Part shown: piece after piece, positions 1 through 10,673 of the stretch
How positions within the stretch are numbered: the stretch's first letter is position 1
How the letters are laid out: each line of letters opens with the position of its first letter
Origin: Caecitellus pseudoparvulus
Taxonomy: Eukaryota > Protista > Bigyra: Bicosoecida
Direction of reading: 5' to 3'
Assembly: GCA_965644315.1 (NCBI GenBank)
Contig: CBFFRQ010000028.1
Coordinates: forward strand, 1-64,000
Length of the DNA: 64,000 nt
Notes under the pieces: model-generated
What the model was told of the DNA's origin: nothing
The model's input: the letters and a program-made list of their open reading frames with translations, nothing else
Databases searched by the model: none
Made by a program: the position numbers and the translations under genes

Positions 1-119
1 ATTGAAATAGAAATAGAGAATTTATTTGTTACTTCGTGGTTATAAAAAGTTATTAGTGAATTTACAGAATTAAGACCATTATGGTAAGAAATATTTGAAT
101 TGAAATACTTAAAATATCT

Positions 120-233
120 CTTGTGATTCCCGCCAAAATTAATTGAAAATTTTCTAAGTAATTGAGACTACTCTATATAATGTAGTCTCAATTACTTTGA
201 ATATTTTCAACTAATTTTGGCGGGAAACACAAG
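120..233. repeat. 52-bp inverted repeat (hairpin) with 10-nt loop
   Basis: Arm 120-171 against the reverse complement of 182-233 matches at 48/52. Loop tctatataat (172-181). Confidence 0.95.
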
Positions 234-237
234 CTCA

Positions 238-318
238 ACAGAGTAAATCAATCTCAGTTCCAAATTTCGACTCATGATCAGCGAGTCGAAATTCGTCACC
301 ACAATTGATTCACTCTGT
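238..318. repeat. Second hairpin with an internal loop
   Basis: Outer stem 238-252/304-318 matches at 14/15. Inner stem aatttcgactc 263-273 / gagtcgaaatt 283-293 matches at 11/11. Confidence 0.9.
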
Positions 319-406
319 GTATGGCGGTTGAGTCCTGAAATTCATTCGGTCCAACCCCTTGATGAGTTCTTGAGCGCGGCCCAGTTTGCATCAGCACGTG
401 GCGCTT

Positions 407-2467
407 TCACGGCTGTGTCTGAGCAGGGTTACTTCCTGCACTTCCTGCAGACTGGCTCGGCATACGCCAGCGTTGAAGCAATACGAATGCAGCAACAGCA
501 GCGACCAATCCCACGATCACCACAATGCCAGCAACCATCCAAGACTGCCCCCCTTCACTCGGCCCGCTGCTGCTCACCTGTCCCTGAATGGCTGAAGGAT
601 TGGAGGCCTGGGGTGGCTGTGGGGCAGCTGCAGATGAGGATGGTGATGAAGTCACACTGCTTGTCATGGACACTGTGGCGGTTGCACTGCTAGACGCCGT
701 CGAGCTGGTTGTCGGTGTCACAGAAGAGGACGGGGTGCCTGTCGGAGAGCTGGACATTGTGGCTGTTGTCGTCGCTGTCGCCGAGCTTGTTGCAGTTGGG
801 CTGTTAGTTGCCGTCGCCGAGCTTGACGGAGTGGGACTGTGGCTGGGCGTCACTGAGGGCGACTGCGAAGGAGAGGGTGTAATTGAAGCAGTCGCTGATG
901 GAGTGGCTGTTTGACTGGAAGAGGAGCTTGCTGTCGGCGATACAGATGGGGTGGCCGAACTCGTGGGGGACACAGAAGGGGAGACTGTTGCAGAGGGAGT
1001 GCTACTGGGTGAGGAGGTGGGCGACGTGGATGGAGAGGGGACAAATCGAATGAAGCCTGCATCTGCAGGGTGCTCGTCGTCACCGATGTTCTGCGTGTTG
1101 CCGTAGCCAAGCTTGCCATGCTGGCCTTCACCCCAGCACATGGCACTTGCTGGGGAGTGCAGCACACACGTATGGCGCTCTCCTGCAGACAGGTGAGTTG
1201 CCACAGCCCCAGAGCCCATGTTCACAGTACCAACAGAGCTTGGATGCTCGTTGTCTCCAACGCTGGCGGTGTTGGAATACCCAAGCATCCCATGAGACCC
1301 CAGCCCCCAGCACATGACCCCACCGGTCGTCAAGAGCGCACAGCTGTGATCATTCCCGACAGTGATGTGAGATGCTGTTGCGCCCCCAAGATCAACAGTC
1401 CCAGCAGTTGCCGGGTGCTCATCGTTGCCAATGAACTCGGTGTTGCCGTACCCAAGTTGGCCACTGGACCCCGACCCCCAACACATGACCTCTCCGCTCG
1501 TGAGAAGCACGCACGTGTGGCTCTGTCCTGCAGCAACTCGTGCTGCCGCGCGTCCCCCGCCCAAATTAACTTGACCTGCAGCAGCAGGGTGCTCGTTGTC
1601 ACCAATGTGGTTGAAGTTGCTGTATCCGAGCCTGCCAGAGAATGCTGTCCCCCAGCACATGACCCCACCGTTCGTCAACACAGCACACGTGTGGCTGTCT
1701 CCAGCGGAAACCTGTGCTGCAGCAAGACCTGCACCCAGGTAGACAGCGCCTGCAGCAGATGGGTGCTCATTGTCACCAATGTTGTTGGTGTTACCATACC
1801 CAAGCCGGCCGTTTGATCCAAACCCCCAGCACATAAGCAGCCCAGTTGTCAACACTGCGCACGTGTGGCTCTTGCCTGCAGACACTTGAGCAGCGGCTGC
1901 ACCAGAGCCCAAATCAACGGTTCCCGCCGCAGCTGGATCCTCAGAGGCGCCAACGTTCTCCTTATTGCCGTACCCGAGCTGGCCGGCGATGGAGGAGCCC
2001 CAGCACATGACACCTCCGTCATCCAGCACAACACAAGTGTGGCTGCCTCCTGCCGAAACTTGGACCACGACAACACCAGCGCCTACGTTCACATTGCCTG
2101 CAGTTTCTGGTAGCTCGTTGTCTCCGATGGGGTTCAAGTTCCCGTACCCGAGCTGCCCACTGTAGCCTCCGCCCCAGCATCGCACCTTGCCGTCCGTCAC
2201 GGCGCAGGTATGCAAGCCGCCGGAAGATAGCTGAGTGTCTTCAACAGACGTGCTCGCCAAGCGGCGATGAAGGTTGACATCATTCAGCATCAAACTGAGT
2301 CCACGAAGTGCAACGTGAGCTTCGGCGCAGCCCAACGTTGCCAGGAAGGCAGCGGAGAGCACTGCGAAACGCCACCGGCACGCTGCGCCGGCTCCTGCCC
2401 GCTTTTGCAAGTGCGCAGCGCAAGACAGACAGGCGCTAGCGCATTGGTTCGTAGCATGGGGACCCAT
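407..2467 (-). CDS. Cell-surface RCC1/BLIP-II repeat beta-propeller protein with Ser/Thr/Pro stalk and C-terminal TM helix
   Basis: About 7 repeats of ~58 aa (GQLGYGN…IGDNE.P…QVSAG.SHTC…VMCWG), a hydrophobic N-terminal segment, an S/T/P-rich tract and TM WMVAGIVVIVGLVAAVAAFVLL. Start codon uncertain (ORF open to 2593). Confidence 0.88.
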   Translation of the reverse strand: MGPHATNQCASACLSCAAHLQKRAGAGAACRWRFAVLSAAFLATLGCAEAHVALRGLSLMLNDVNLHRRLASTSVEDTQLSSGGLHTCAVTDGKVRCWGGGYSGQLGYGNLNPIGDNELPETAGNVNVGAGVVVVQVSAGGSHTCVVLDDGGVMCWGSSIAGQLGYGNKENVGASEDPAAAGTVDLGSGAAAAQVSAGKSHTCAVLTTGLLMCWGFGSNGRLGYGNTNNIGDNEHPSAAGAVYLGAGLAAAQVSAGDSHTCAVLTNGGVMCWGTAFSGRLGYSNFNHIGDNEHPAAAGQVNLGGGRAAARVAAGQSHTCVLLTSGEVMCWGSGSSGQLGYGNTEFIGNDEHPATAGTVDLGGATASHITVGNDHSCALLTTGGVMCWGLGSHGMLGYSNTASVGDNEHPSSVGTVNMGSGAVATHLSAGERHTCVLHSPASAMCWGEGQHGKLGYGNTQNIGDDEHPADAGFIRFVPSPSTSPTSSPSSTPSATVSPSVSPTSSATPSVSPTASSSSSQTATPSATASITPSPSQSPSVTPSHSPTPSSSATATNSPTATSSATATTTATMSSSPTGTPSSSVTPTTSSTASSSATATVSMTSSVTSSPSSSAAAPQPPQASNPSAIQGQVSSSGPSEGGQSWMVAGIVVIVGLVAAVAAFVLLQRWRMPSQSAGSAGSNPAQTQP

Positions 2468-2978
2468 GGCAATGCCACGCGGCAATGAGGGATGCTGCGT
2501 GGGGCACAGCGCGTCCTGAAGGATCCGACACTGCACGTTCTGAAAGCGGTGTTGCCTGATGCGCGCCTGCGAGTGGTACAGGGAAAAGAGCATGATACAC
2601 GGACCCTAGTAGTGGTACAAATGAGAATTCATGTGCAACACAGTGCATCGACAGCACTAGGCAAGCATTGTGGCGCGAGCAGCACGCGTTGACAGCTTCT
2701 GATGGGCGTTTCATGCGCCATCAAGAAGCGGAGGCGACTCCCGGACCCCCAAGCGCGAAAGCCCTTTGACGTACTCACACAGCAGAACATTGGAGCTACG
2801 AGATCTGTCCTTGTCAAAAATAGTATGCTGCAATGTGCCGATTGTGCCCAGTACCAAAATGAAGCGGCACGGCCCGCCTTGCTTGGCTGTGGCGGGCGTC
2901 ACCACCCCGCTCGGTCTGCAGTGGCAACCTTCCGCACACCGTGACACAATATGGAGCCTTCAATAGCCCCGCGTGGGC

Positions 2979-3410
2979 TACGTGGCAGCAGCGGCTGGGG
3001 CGACATGCTGCGCGTGCGTCCCAGCAGCCGCCCGATGCAGCACCTCAAGGAAGAGACACGATGCGCCCCACGCCGTGCTTCCCCCTCCATCATCATCCCG
3101 GGGCCAAAGAGTCCTTCCATTTGGACTACACTTCATAGCTGCCTCCAAAGCTGCCAAGGCCTGGACATCGAAGGGCCCAGCGACCTCTCAATAGGCGCTG
3201 TAGCAGCCGCTGCATCCACACCCAGTTCAAGGCTGGCAGCATGGTACTCCCGGAAGTTCCAGACCTCAAAACGTGCCACAGGGGCCTCTATCAGTCTCAC
3301 AAGCTCTGCAGCTTGCTGTCTTCAACTGTTGATCACGTTCACCTGCATCATCCGGCCAAATCCTGCAACTGCTCTCTCCAATGCCTCAGCCACCCAGAAC
3401 TGAACTCTGC
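2979..3410 (-). pseudogene. Possible decayed gene fragment
   Basis: Protein-like frame VQFWVAEALERAVAGFG…NS*RQQAAELVRLIEAPVARFEVWNFREY with an internal TGA and an apparent frameshift. No family recognised. Confidence 0.25.
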
Positions 3411-3438
3411 AGCCAGGACCGACGACCACATGTAAACA

Positions 3439-4938
3439 TCACCGCCCCCAAGCTGCCCTGAGGAGTAGAAAATGGCGCATCCCACTTCCCGTGCTTGTTC
3501 CGCACCAAGCAGCGTCCTTCCCTGCCTGCAGGGCAGTGTCCCCCGCCAACGCTGCAGCTTCGCGTGGCATGGCCCGGCTGCCTGTGAGCCCCATCAACTC
3601 TCGCACCACGTCCGGGTGGCCATTCCTGCACGCCATGCGGAAGCCCACGTCAGGGCCGTCCCAGCTTCCCACATGAACATCCACAGCTTTTTGTCCCGTG
3701 AGGGCCAACAGCTCGCGCACCACGTGCACGTGGCCACGCTCACAAGCACTCCGAAAGCCAACCTCTGGCCCAGTCCCATCTGCAACGTGAACATCAATCG
3801 CCCCCTCGCCAACCACGCCAAGTAACTCGCGCAGCACGGCCAAGTGGCCAAGGTAGCAAGCCCATCGGAAGCCATACTCGGGCCCAACTCTGTCTCCGGC
3901 GTGGATATCCACCGCACCCTCCGCTGGCAACGCCAACAGCAAACGCACAACGTTTGCGTGGCCATACCGGCAAGCGAGCCGAAAGGCAGACTCAGGCCCA
4001 TCAGCATCCCTTGCATGTACATCCACGGCCAGCTCGCCAGAAAGGGCGAGCAAGTCTCGCACGACAGTCTCATGTCCTCCTGCACATGCAGATCGAAAGC
4101 CAGCTTCAGCCCCATCCTCGTCACATGCGTGCACGTCTACCTGCCGATCACCAGTGAGAGCCAGCAGCTCCCGAACTACAGCACCATGGCCGTGCTGACA
4201 TGCCCTCCGAAAGCCAGCCTCTGGTCCTTCCCAATCTCCAGCGTGCACGTTCACAACGCGGTAGCCTGTCAGCGCCAGGAGCTCGCGCACCACACCAACA
4301 TGGCCCCGTGCACACGCGTACCGAAAGGGGGCCTCAGGCCCATCTTCATCTCCCACATGCACATCAATCTCACGGTCCCCACCAAGCCGCAGCAACACAC
4401 GCACAACATCCAAGTGGCCGTGCAAGCACGCGGCTCGGAAGGCAGCCTCCGGCCCAGCCGAGTCCCCAGCGCGCACGTCCACTACACGGTCGCTGCCGAG
4501 ACGCAGCAGCTCAGAAACAACATCTAGGTGGCCCTCAGAACTGGCCGCTCGAAAGGAATACTCAGGCCCGTCTTCATCTCCGACGTGCACATCCACGGTC
4601 CTTTCCCCGCTCAGAGCAAGCAGCTCCCGCACCGTCTCCACATGCCCATTCCAGCAAGCCAATCGAAAACCCGCCTCAGGGCCATTCTCATCACCTGCAT
4701 GGACATCCAGGCCTGCCTCTTCCTCCACAGCCAGCAGTGCTCGCAACAGGCCAACGTGCCCTGCTCCACATGCTCTCAAAAAGCCAGCGGTAATGTCGTC
4801 CCCTGCCAGAGCCCCAAGCACAGACTCTGCACTCGCCTTTGACCCGTGGGGCATGTCCATCAGTGTGGTTACGTCACCACCTGTGCAAGCAGCCCTCCAC
4901 TCTCCCACGGCACCGGCATCGTCCGCCTCACTCGCCAT
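3439..4938 (-). CDS. Ankyrin-repeat protein (38-aa repeats)
   Basis: 10 full repeats of VDVHAGDEDGPEAGFRxACxxGHxxVVRELLALxGxRx plus a partial one. ATG 4938 (MASEADD). Confidence 0.9.
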   Translation of the reverse strand: MASEADDAGAVGEWRAACTGGDVTTLMDMPHGSKASAESVLGALAGDDITAGFLRACGAGHVGLLRALLAVEEEAGLDVHAGDENGPEAGFRLACWNGHVETVRELLALSGERTVDVHVGDEDGPEYSFRAASSEGHLDVVSELLRLGSDRVVDVRAGDSAGPEAAFRAACLHGHLDVVRVLLRLGGDREIDVHVGDEDGPEAPFRYACARGHVGVVRELLALTGYRVVNVHAGDWEGPEAGFRRACQHGHGAVVRELLALTGDRQVDVHACDEDGAEAGFRSACAGGHETVVRDLLALSGELAVDVHARDADGPESAFRLACRYGHANVVRLLLALPAEGAVDIHAGDRVGPEYGFRWACYLGHLAVLRELLGVVGEGAIDVHVADGTGPEVGFRSACERGHVHVVRELLALTGQKAVDVHVGSWDGPDVGFRMACRNGHPDVVRELMGLTGSRAMPREAAALAGDTALQAGKDAAWCGTSTGSGMRHFLLLRAAWGR

Positions 4939-5448
4939 GGCGTTGCGGCGCAGATTCCGCACATGTGGTCTCGATGCACCTCCGCGCTGTGGAAGGAACA
5001 AGGCTCCAGCAGGCCGACCAGGGTCAAATTCTAAGTTGCACTTTCACATTCCAGTTTTGAACATGAACGGCACCTGGGCTTCCGTGTTTTCCTCACGCAC
5101 CGTAACTGCTCCAAGTGTCAGCCGAGGCAGTGGCGTCTGCTGCCCCTCGTGCCTATCGCCTCGTACTGCCTCCACAGCTTCTTCGAGCTGGACCGTTCAC
5201 TCTCTTTTCAATTCAAACACCTTTATAGTCCTCTAGAGATCGCTCCACTTCCTAGTCTTTGCCGAGACGAGCTGCACGTCGCAAGACCATCCGTACAATT
5301 TGACACTTGCCATCGGCAGCGCACCAATGAGGGAAGACAATCTTGTAGCTCAACTTTTTGGCATGTACGTAAATGTGCCTGCCACCAAGCCAGGCAAACT
5401 AGTGTGTGCATTTTGCAGCCCATGTCACCCTCTCTTTCCATTGTTACC

Positions 5449-8400
5449 TCAAGAGCGAGCAATGGCAGGGCCGACGACCAAGGGCGACTTGGTGCGAGTG
5501 GCCGGGGTCTCCACACTCGACGCCTCTGCTTCCTGGCGCAGGCCAGCTTCCCGCACCATGGCCACATCACGCGAGAGGGCGATTGCCTTATCCACAGAAA
5601 TGCAGCTGCCGAACGCAATGCAGGCCGCTGCGCTCCTGCGTGGTCCAAACGTGCAGCACCAGAGGCCTGGGTGTGGGACGTGCTTCAAGTGCAAATGCGT
5701 GGGCGAGTGCTGCAGGTACAGCTTCAGCCAGTCAAAGACTGCAGCGTGCCGCGTACGAAGGGTGCGCCGAGCAGGAGGAGGAAAGTTATGGCCAAGAACA
5801 GTGTGTTGGCTAGGAAGATGGCGCCCTGCAGCAGGAACTCCGTCTTCTCCCCGACCAGAAGTTCGTCGCCCAGCGCCAGGCCTCCGAAGGCAGACACACA
5901 AATGGCGGTCAGTGCTGCAGTTTCCACAGCATTCATCAGCGTGGCCTCGTACGGCAAGGATGCAACATGGACGACAAGGGAAGCTGACAGCACGAGGCAG
6001 ATCAGCGCTGCTTGCAGCTCGGCATTGCGCACGGTGACAGCGACTGCAGCAAGGAGCACTTTCCGTGGCAGCACGACCAGCAACTCCCAGTACCAGAAGT
6101 TGGGCTCGTCTTCTTCTTTGCGGGGTGAGTCCTCAGAGTGCGCACGGGGAATTCTGAACCCTTCATACACCGCACCGTACACTGCCTTCACGCTGTGCTT
6201 GTAGACATGGTGCCTGTGGCGGCATACGAGACAGGCGCTGCCGAGCGGGATGCCGACGCCCCACACCAGCAAGCCAAGGTATGCTGCCAGCTGGGCGGTC
6301 TGGAACATGGAGTCCATGCTTCCGTGTGCGACATCTGAACGGAGGAACAGGAAGCCCAGGATGCGGAAGTCGTACGTGTCCAGCATGCGCAGACATGCCT
6401 CGACTACAGGGAAGTGCACCAGCAAGAGCACGATGAAGGCTGCGCGATAAGCTTGCTCAGCACACCTCGCCCGCTGCTTGAAGAGGTCCACAGTCTTTGC
6501 CAGCACAGCTTTCTCCTCAGAGCGCATGTTTGCAGGGTGGGCCGGTGGTGCGCCAGGCATCACAGCTGCTTCAACCTGCGCTGCCGCCTGGCTGCGGCTT
6601 GATCGCGGCTTGCGCATATCAATGACAACTGAGCCTTCCGACTCTTCATCAGCCTCGGCCAGATCGTCCAAGTCAGCCCACGCAGATGTCCGTCTCGCTG
6701 CTGGAGATGGGTCGGTCGGGCCTGTGTCGTCTTGGAATGAGGTGGACCTTGGGACCAGCGCGGAAGGCCTGGAAGTTGGAGACACCAGGGTTTTTGGCGC
6801 AGGGAAGGCGAAAGTATCGTCAATCAAAGTACCCTCTTTCTTGGGAGGAGTGGAAGCGGCAAGGGGCTGCGGAGCCACTGCCCCAGACTCGGCAACGCCT
6901 TCCCCGCCCACTGAGCCTCCACCCTTCTCCTCAGCGTACCTCTCAGCAGCAGCCTGCAGCACTGCGTGGCTTTGCCGCTGCAAGATGCTGGTCACACCCG
7001 CTACGATCAACGGAATGCTCACTGCAGCAATGGGTATGCTCAGGGTGATGAAGAGGCGAGTGTACATGTCTGCACGCAAGGCGCACTGGGCAGGCACCGA
7101 GTTGGTGCTGACGCCGACCGACACTGAGGAGAGCCACGCCATGATGCCATCTAACGCGCTTTCAGGAGGCAAGCGGGTACTCAGCAGCACTGCGTACATC
7201 TGGGCCCAATTGGTCATGACACGGAAGACTCCAATGAGCAGTCCCCTGCTTTGCCCCTCCTTGCTCTCCCGATCACTCGTGCGCAGGGCCAGGTACACGA
7301 GGAGCCCCGTGAACAAAACCCAGGAGCCGATGCTCTGCAGAAAGCCGAAGCTGTCATCGGGGCACTTCACACAGAGCAACTGTGGGCTGGACCTTGCCCA
7401 GCCTTCAGCACACTCGCCACAGAGGATGCCCCTGTGCCCAGGCACACAGGAGATGCCACTCGAGTTTGCTACGGGCCTGCACGCATCTGGAGGCGTGCAC
7501 TGAAGGATGCTCGCACCAGCGTAAAGAACCGCTTTCCCTGCGACTGCGGCCTGCAACTCAGCTGTCTCATTCACAAGTGCTTGCAGGCGCCATCTCGTGG
7601 GCGTATCAGCGCTGGTTGTGTCACCCTGCAACTCGGCACTGGCCACATCTTTCAGCTTGCTCCAGTACCTTTCCTGCAGCTTGGGGTGTGATGGCACCAT
7701 GGACGCATCGGTCACACAGGTGTCACACCAGAAACCCGGGCGAGGCCTGAACTGCCCAGCAGCGCAGCTGACGCCGTTCAAGGGGCACTGCAAGCACTTG
7801 GTCTGGGCCAGGTTGGCGAAGGTGCCGCCAGGGCACTGCGTGCATGCGGCCTCTTGGTTTTCAACATTGGCACGGATTGTTCCAGGAGGGCAGCGTTCAC
7901 AACGAAGCCCAGAAGTGTCATTGGTGCTCTGGCGGCGCTGCCAGCCAGTAGCACAAATGCAGTCCATCTGCGAGTCAGCCAGCACCTCGCTGTCGGTGCG
8001 GCACGTTGGGCTCACTACCACAGCAGGCACAGCCACTGCACCCCGTGACAGATACGGATACATGACTTGCCTAGAGATAGAGGATGTGAGCAGCGTAGTT
8101 TGGGGCTGAGATGGTTGGACTTGCAGCACGGCAAGCCCTCCGTCAAGGGCGGCCAGCCCAACAGTCAGGTCGGCTTTGCCGGTCACCAGCTGGCGCACTT
8201 GCAATAACTCAACGAGGGACTCCACTTCGCGACTTGTGGCATCTCGGGCTTCAAGCAGGAGCCCCACTTGCTGCCGCCCGGACACAATCATTGCGCTGCC
8301 AGGCGCTGTTGCATCCACCATGGACATGTTGCGTTGCCCGCTCAAAGCAGACTGAATGGCAATCATTTCGCGGTCAGCGCGTTTGGGCCACGAAAAGGCA

Positions 8401-10673
8401 TCGGGCAGCATGAATATACTCGTGTGCGAGAATGCCCCTCCACCGCGCACTTGCACTCGCACTGGGATAGCCCGGATTTCTTCGTACGCAGCCAGCGCGG
8501 CCACGTCCGTCGCACCTGACGCACCTTCTGCCCCAGATGCAGTGATGCGCACCAGGATTGTTGCCGCTAGCTCTCTGCTGCCGCACAGAAGTCCAAGTGG
8601 TGGCCATGGTCCAAGACACAGCTCACCCCCATGCACAACGCTGAAACGCACCACCAGTTGGCCAGTGGAAGCAGGCAGCAAGAGCTCATGCTTTGTCGTG
8701 GTTGTTTGGAGCCATGTGGCTGTGGACGTGGTGCCCTGCGACGGAACCACTTGCACGTGTAGATCAGCGAAGGATGCCAACGTTTGCAGGATGGCGATGC
8801 CGGAGGCTTCCTTGCTTGTCGCCACTGTCAGCGACACGGTGCCAGGGACCACAGAAAGCAGCGTACAGCGCATGGTCACGGGCAGCACATGATCAAGCTG
8901 CCCAGCTTTGGACATGGCATCGTACTCATTCGTGCGCAAGCGCAGTGTGCTTGAAAACAGTCTGCTGACAGCTGCACCCGGAGAAACCAGCCAGACTATG
9001 AGGAGCACGCGCTCACCCACGCCAAGAGACCCTTGCAGCACTCCCGACTCTTCTCGAAGGGAGCCGACGGAAACTACGCCCTGCTCACTGGCAAGCACGG
9101 AAGCAATGTCAGAGCCAGTGCCTCCAGCATGGCCACATACACTTGCCGGGGTGCACACTGCGAGCCATGGTGCCAATGTAGCGTCCGCGTGGTCAAGTCT
9201 CTTGGTCAGGGTGCCAGACCCAACGTTTCGCAGAAGCAGCTGTTGGGTGCTGTTGCCCCCTGGGATGACATTGCGCTCCATGACACGAGGCCGAATGTCC
9301 GAGATCGGCGCGATGACCCGCAATGAAACCTGCACAATGACAGGCAAAAGGTCGGCCACTCGAAGTCGCCCAGTCGCCCCGCCGGCCGCTTTGTTTGAAG
9401 CCGTAGAGTTTGCCTGGAAGGCAACAGTGACCCGGTGCAGGCCAGGAGGGAGGTTCGCAGACTGCATGGTCAAGATGACTCCTTGCTGGCCTTGGTTTGT
9501 GGGGGGTCGCGCCTTTCGGACTGCAGACAGCGTCAGCCAGCCCTGCTGTTGGCCCCGAAAGGAAACCTGAGCGTCCCAGTGCACATGCTCGGCACTGGAC
9601 ACAATCACAGCTTGAGACTTTGTATCAGACTGGCCGTTGAGCTCGAAAGCAGCGGCCACTTCCACAGGGAAGGCGGTGAGGAACGGCAGGGGCTGGGGAG
9701 TGACGCTGGCGGTGGACGAGGGGGGGGCACCGGGTGACTTCGTTGGTTGGGCGGATGCACTGCTGGATGCCATTGGCGTTGGTGTCCTGCTGCTCGACGG
9801 GCGCACGAGGGGCGACCTGGAAAGGGCGATGGAAGGCAGTGGCGCTGAACTTTGGGCCAAGTCGACCACCTTCACAGGCACGACTGCAGTCGCATTCAAG
9901 CCGACGACGCCGCGGACGTGAACCACAAGGTCAAATGCTCCCGAGTTCTCAGTCGACTCCAAGTACGCGCTGGGGAGTCATGGCAGCCCATCAACTGCGG
10001 CAGGCCCAAGCTGCAAGGAAAGGGAGACGACCAAGCGTGGAAACGTGGACGTAAAGGTTCGAGTCACACTCCACCAGTCAGTCGAGGGCAGACAAGGACC
10101 CCAAGCCGTAAGCCTCGCGTCGATGCAAGACACGCTCAAAACAGCAAGTGTCGCAGCAGATCCGACGTCTGCTGCGTCAGATAGAAACAAGGGGGCGCCA
10201 ACACTGGTCCCTGTCTGGGCACCAACTAACAGCACCGCTGGATCGTGCAGTGCTGCAACGATGGTGCGCCCATTCAAGGCCACTTCTTGCTGCACAGTCG
10301 AGGACAGCCACTCGGGCGGCCTTGAAGACGGAGTCGCGCTGCGAGTTGCTGTCACTGATGGCGTCACAGAGGGAGAGTTGCTGGGTGTGGATGCAGCTGG
10401 TGCTGTGGGCGTGGCGACGCACGCTGTGGCATCGTGGGATGGGCGTGGAAAACTGCCGCGAGCATGCTGAAGGTTACGGCATGCTACGCATGCACCCTTG
10501 TGCAGCGCTTGTGGGAGGCACGCCACCCTGCGCTGAGCGGCGCAGCTGCCGTCAGTGGCAGTGGCAGAACGCTCCCAGACGCACGAAGCGGCAGAAACAC
10601 CAGCACCTCTCGCAAAGCACTCCCTCGTCCATGCCGTCAAGCAAAGAGGGGGTGAAACCCTACACCAGTGCAA
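5449..10673 (-). CDS. Large multi-pass membrane receptor-like protein (Ig-like ectodomain, Cys-rich ephrin/GCC2-GCC3-like repeats, multiple TM helices)
   Basis: ORF 5724-9962 contains CERCPPGT, CTQCPGGTF, CVPGHRGILCGECAEGW and FWYWELLVVLPRK. It is in frame with ORF 9978-10673 across one TGA. A probable spliced last exon ends at TGA 5449. Both ends uncertain. Confidence 0.75.

Larger units (their letters stand above)
1..360. mobile_element. Edge of an AT-rich foreign element (candidate endogenous virophage, Polinton-like virus or other viral/mobile insertion), truncated by the window start
   Basis: 62 G+C in bases 1-240 (26%) against roughly 60-68% in the rest of the window. Transition falls at about 320-380. 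Contains two long inverted repeats. No hallmark gene is in the window, so the class is inferred and the right boundary is approximate. Confidence 0.5.

Noticed and set aside
274-693. 139-aa + strand ORF crossing the AT/GC junction
   Set aside because: It starts inside a hairpin and runs antisense to the RCC1 gene, with no coding signature.
640-1040. Short tandem-like repeats
   Set aside because: They encode the Ser/Thr/Pro stalk. This is not a CRISPR array or satellite.
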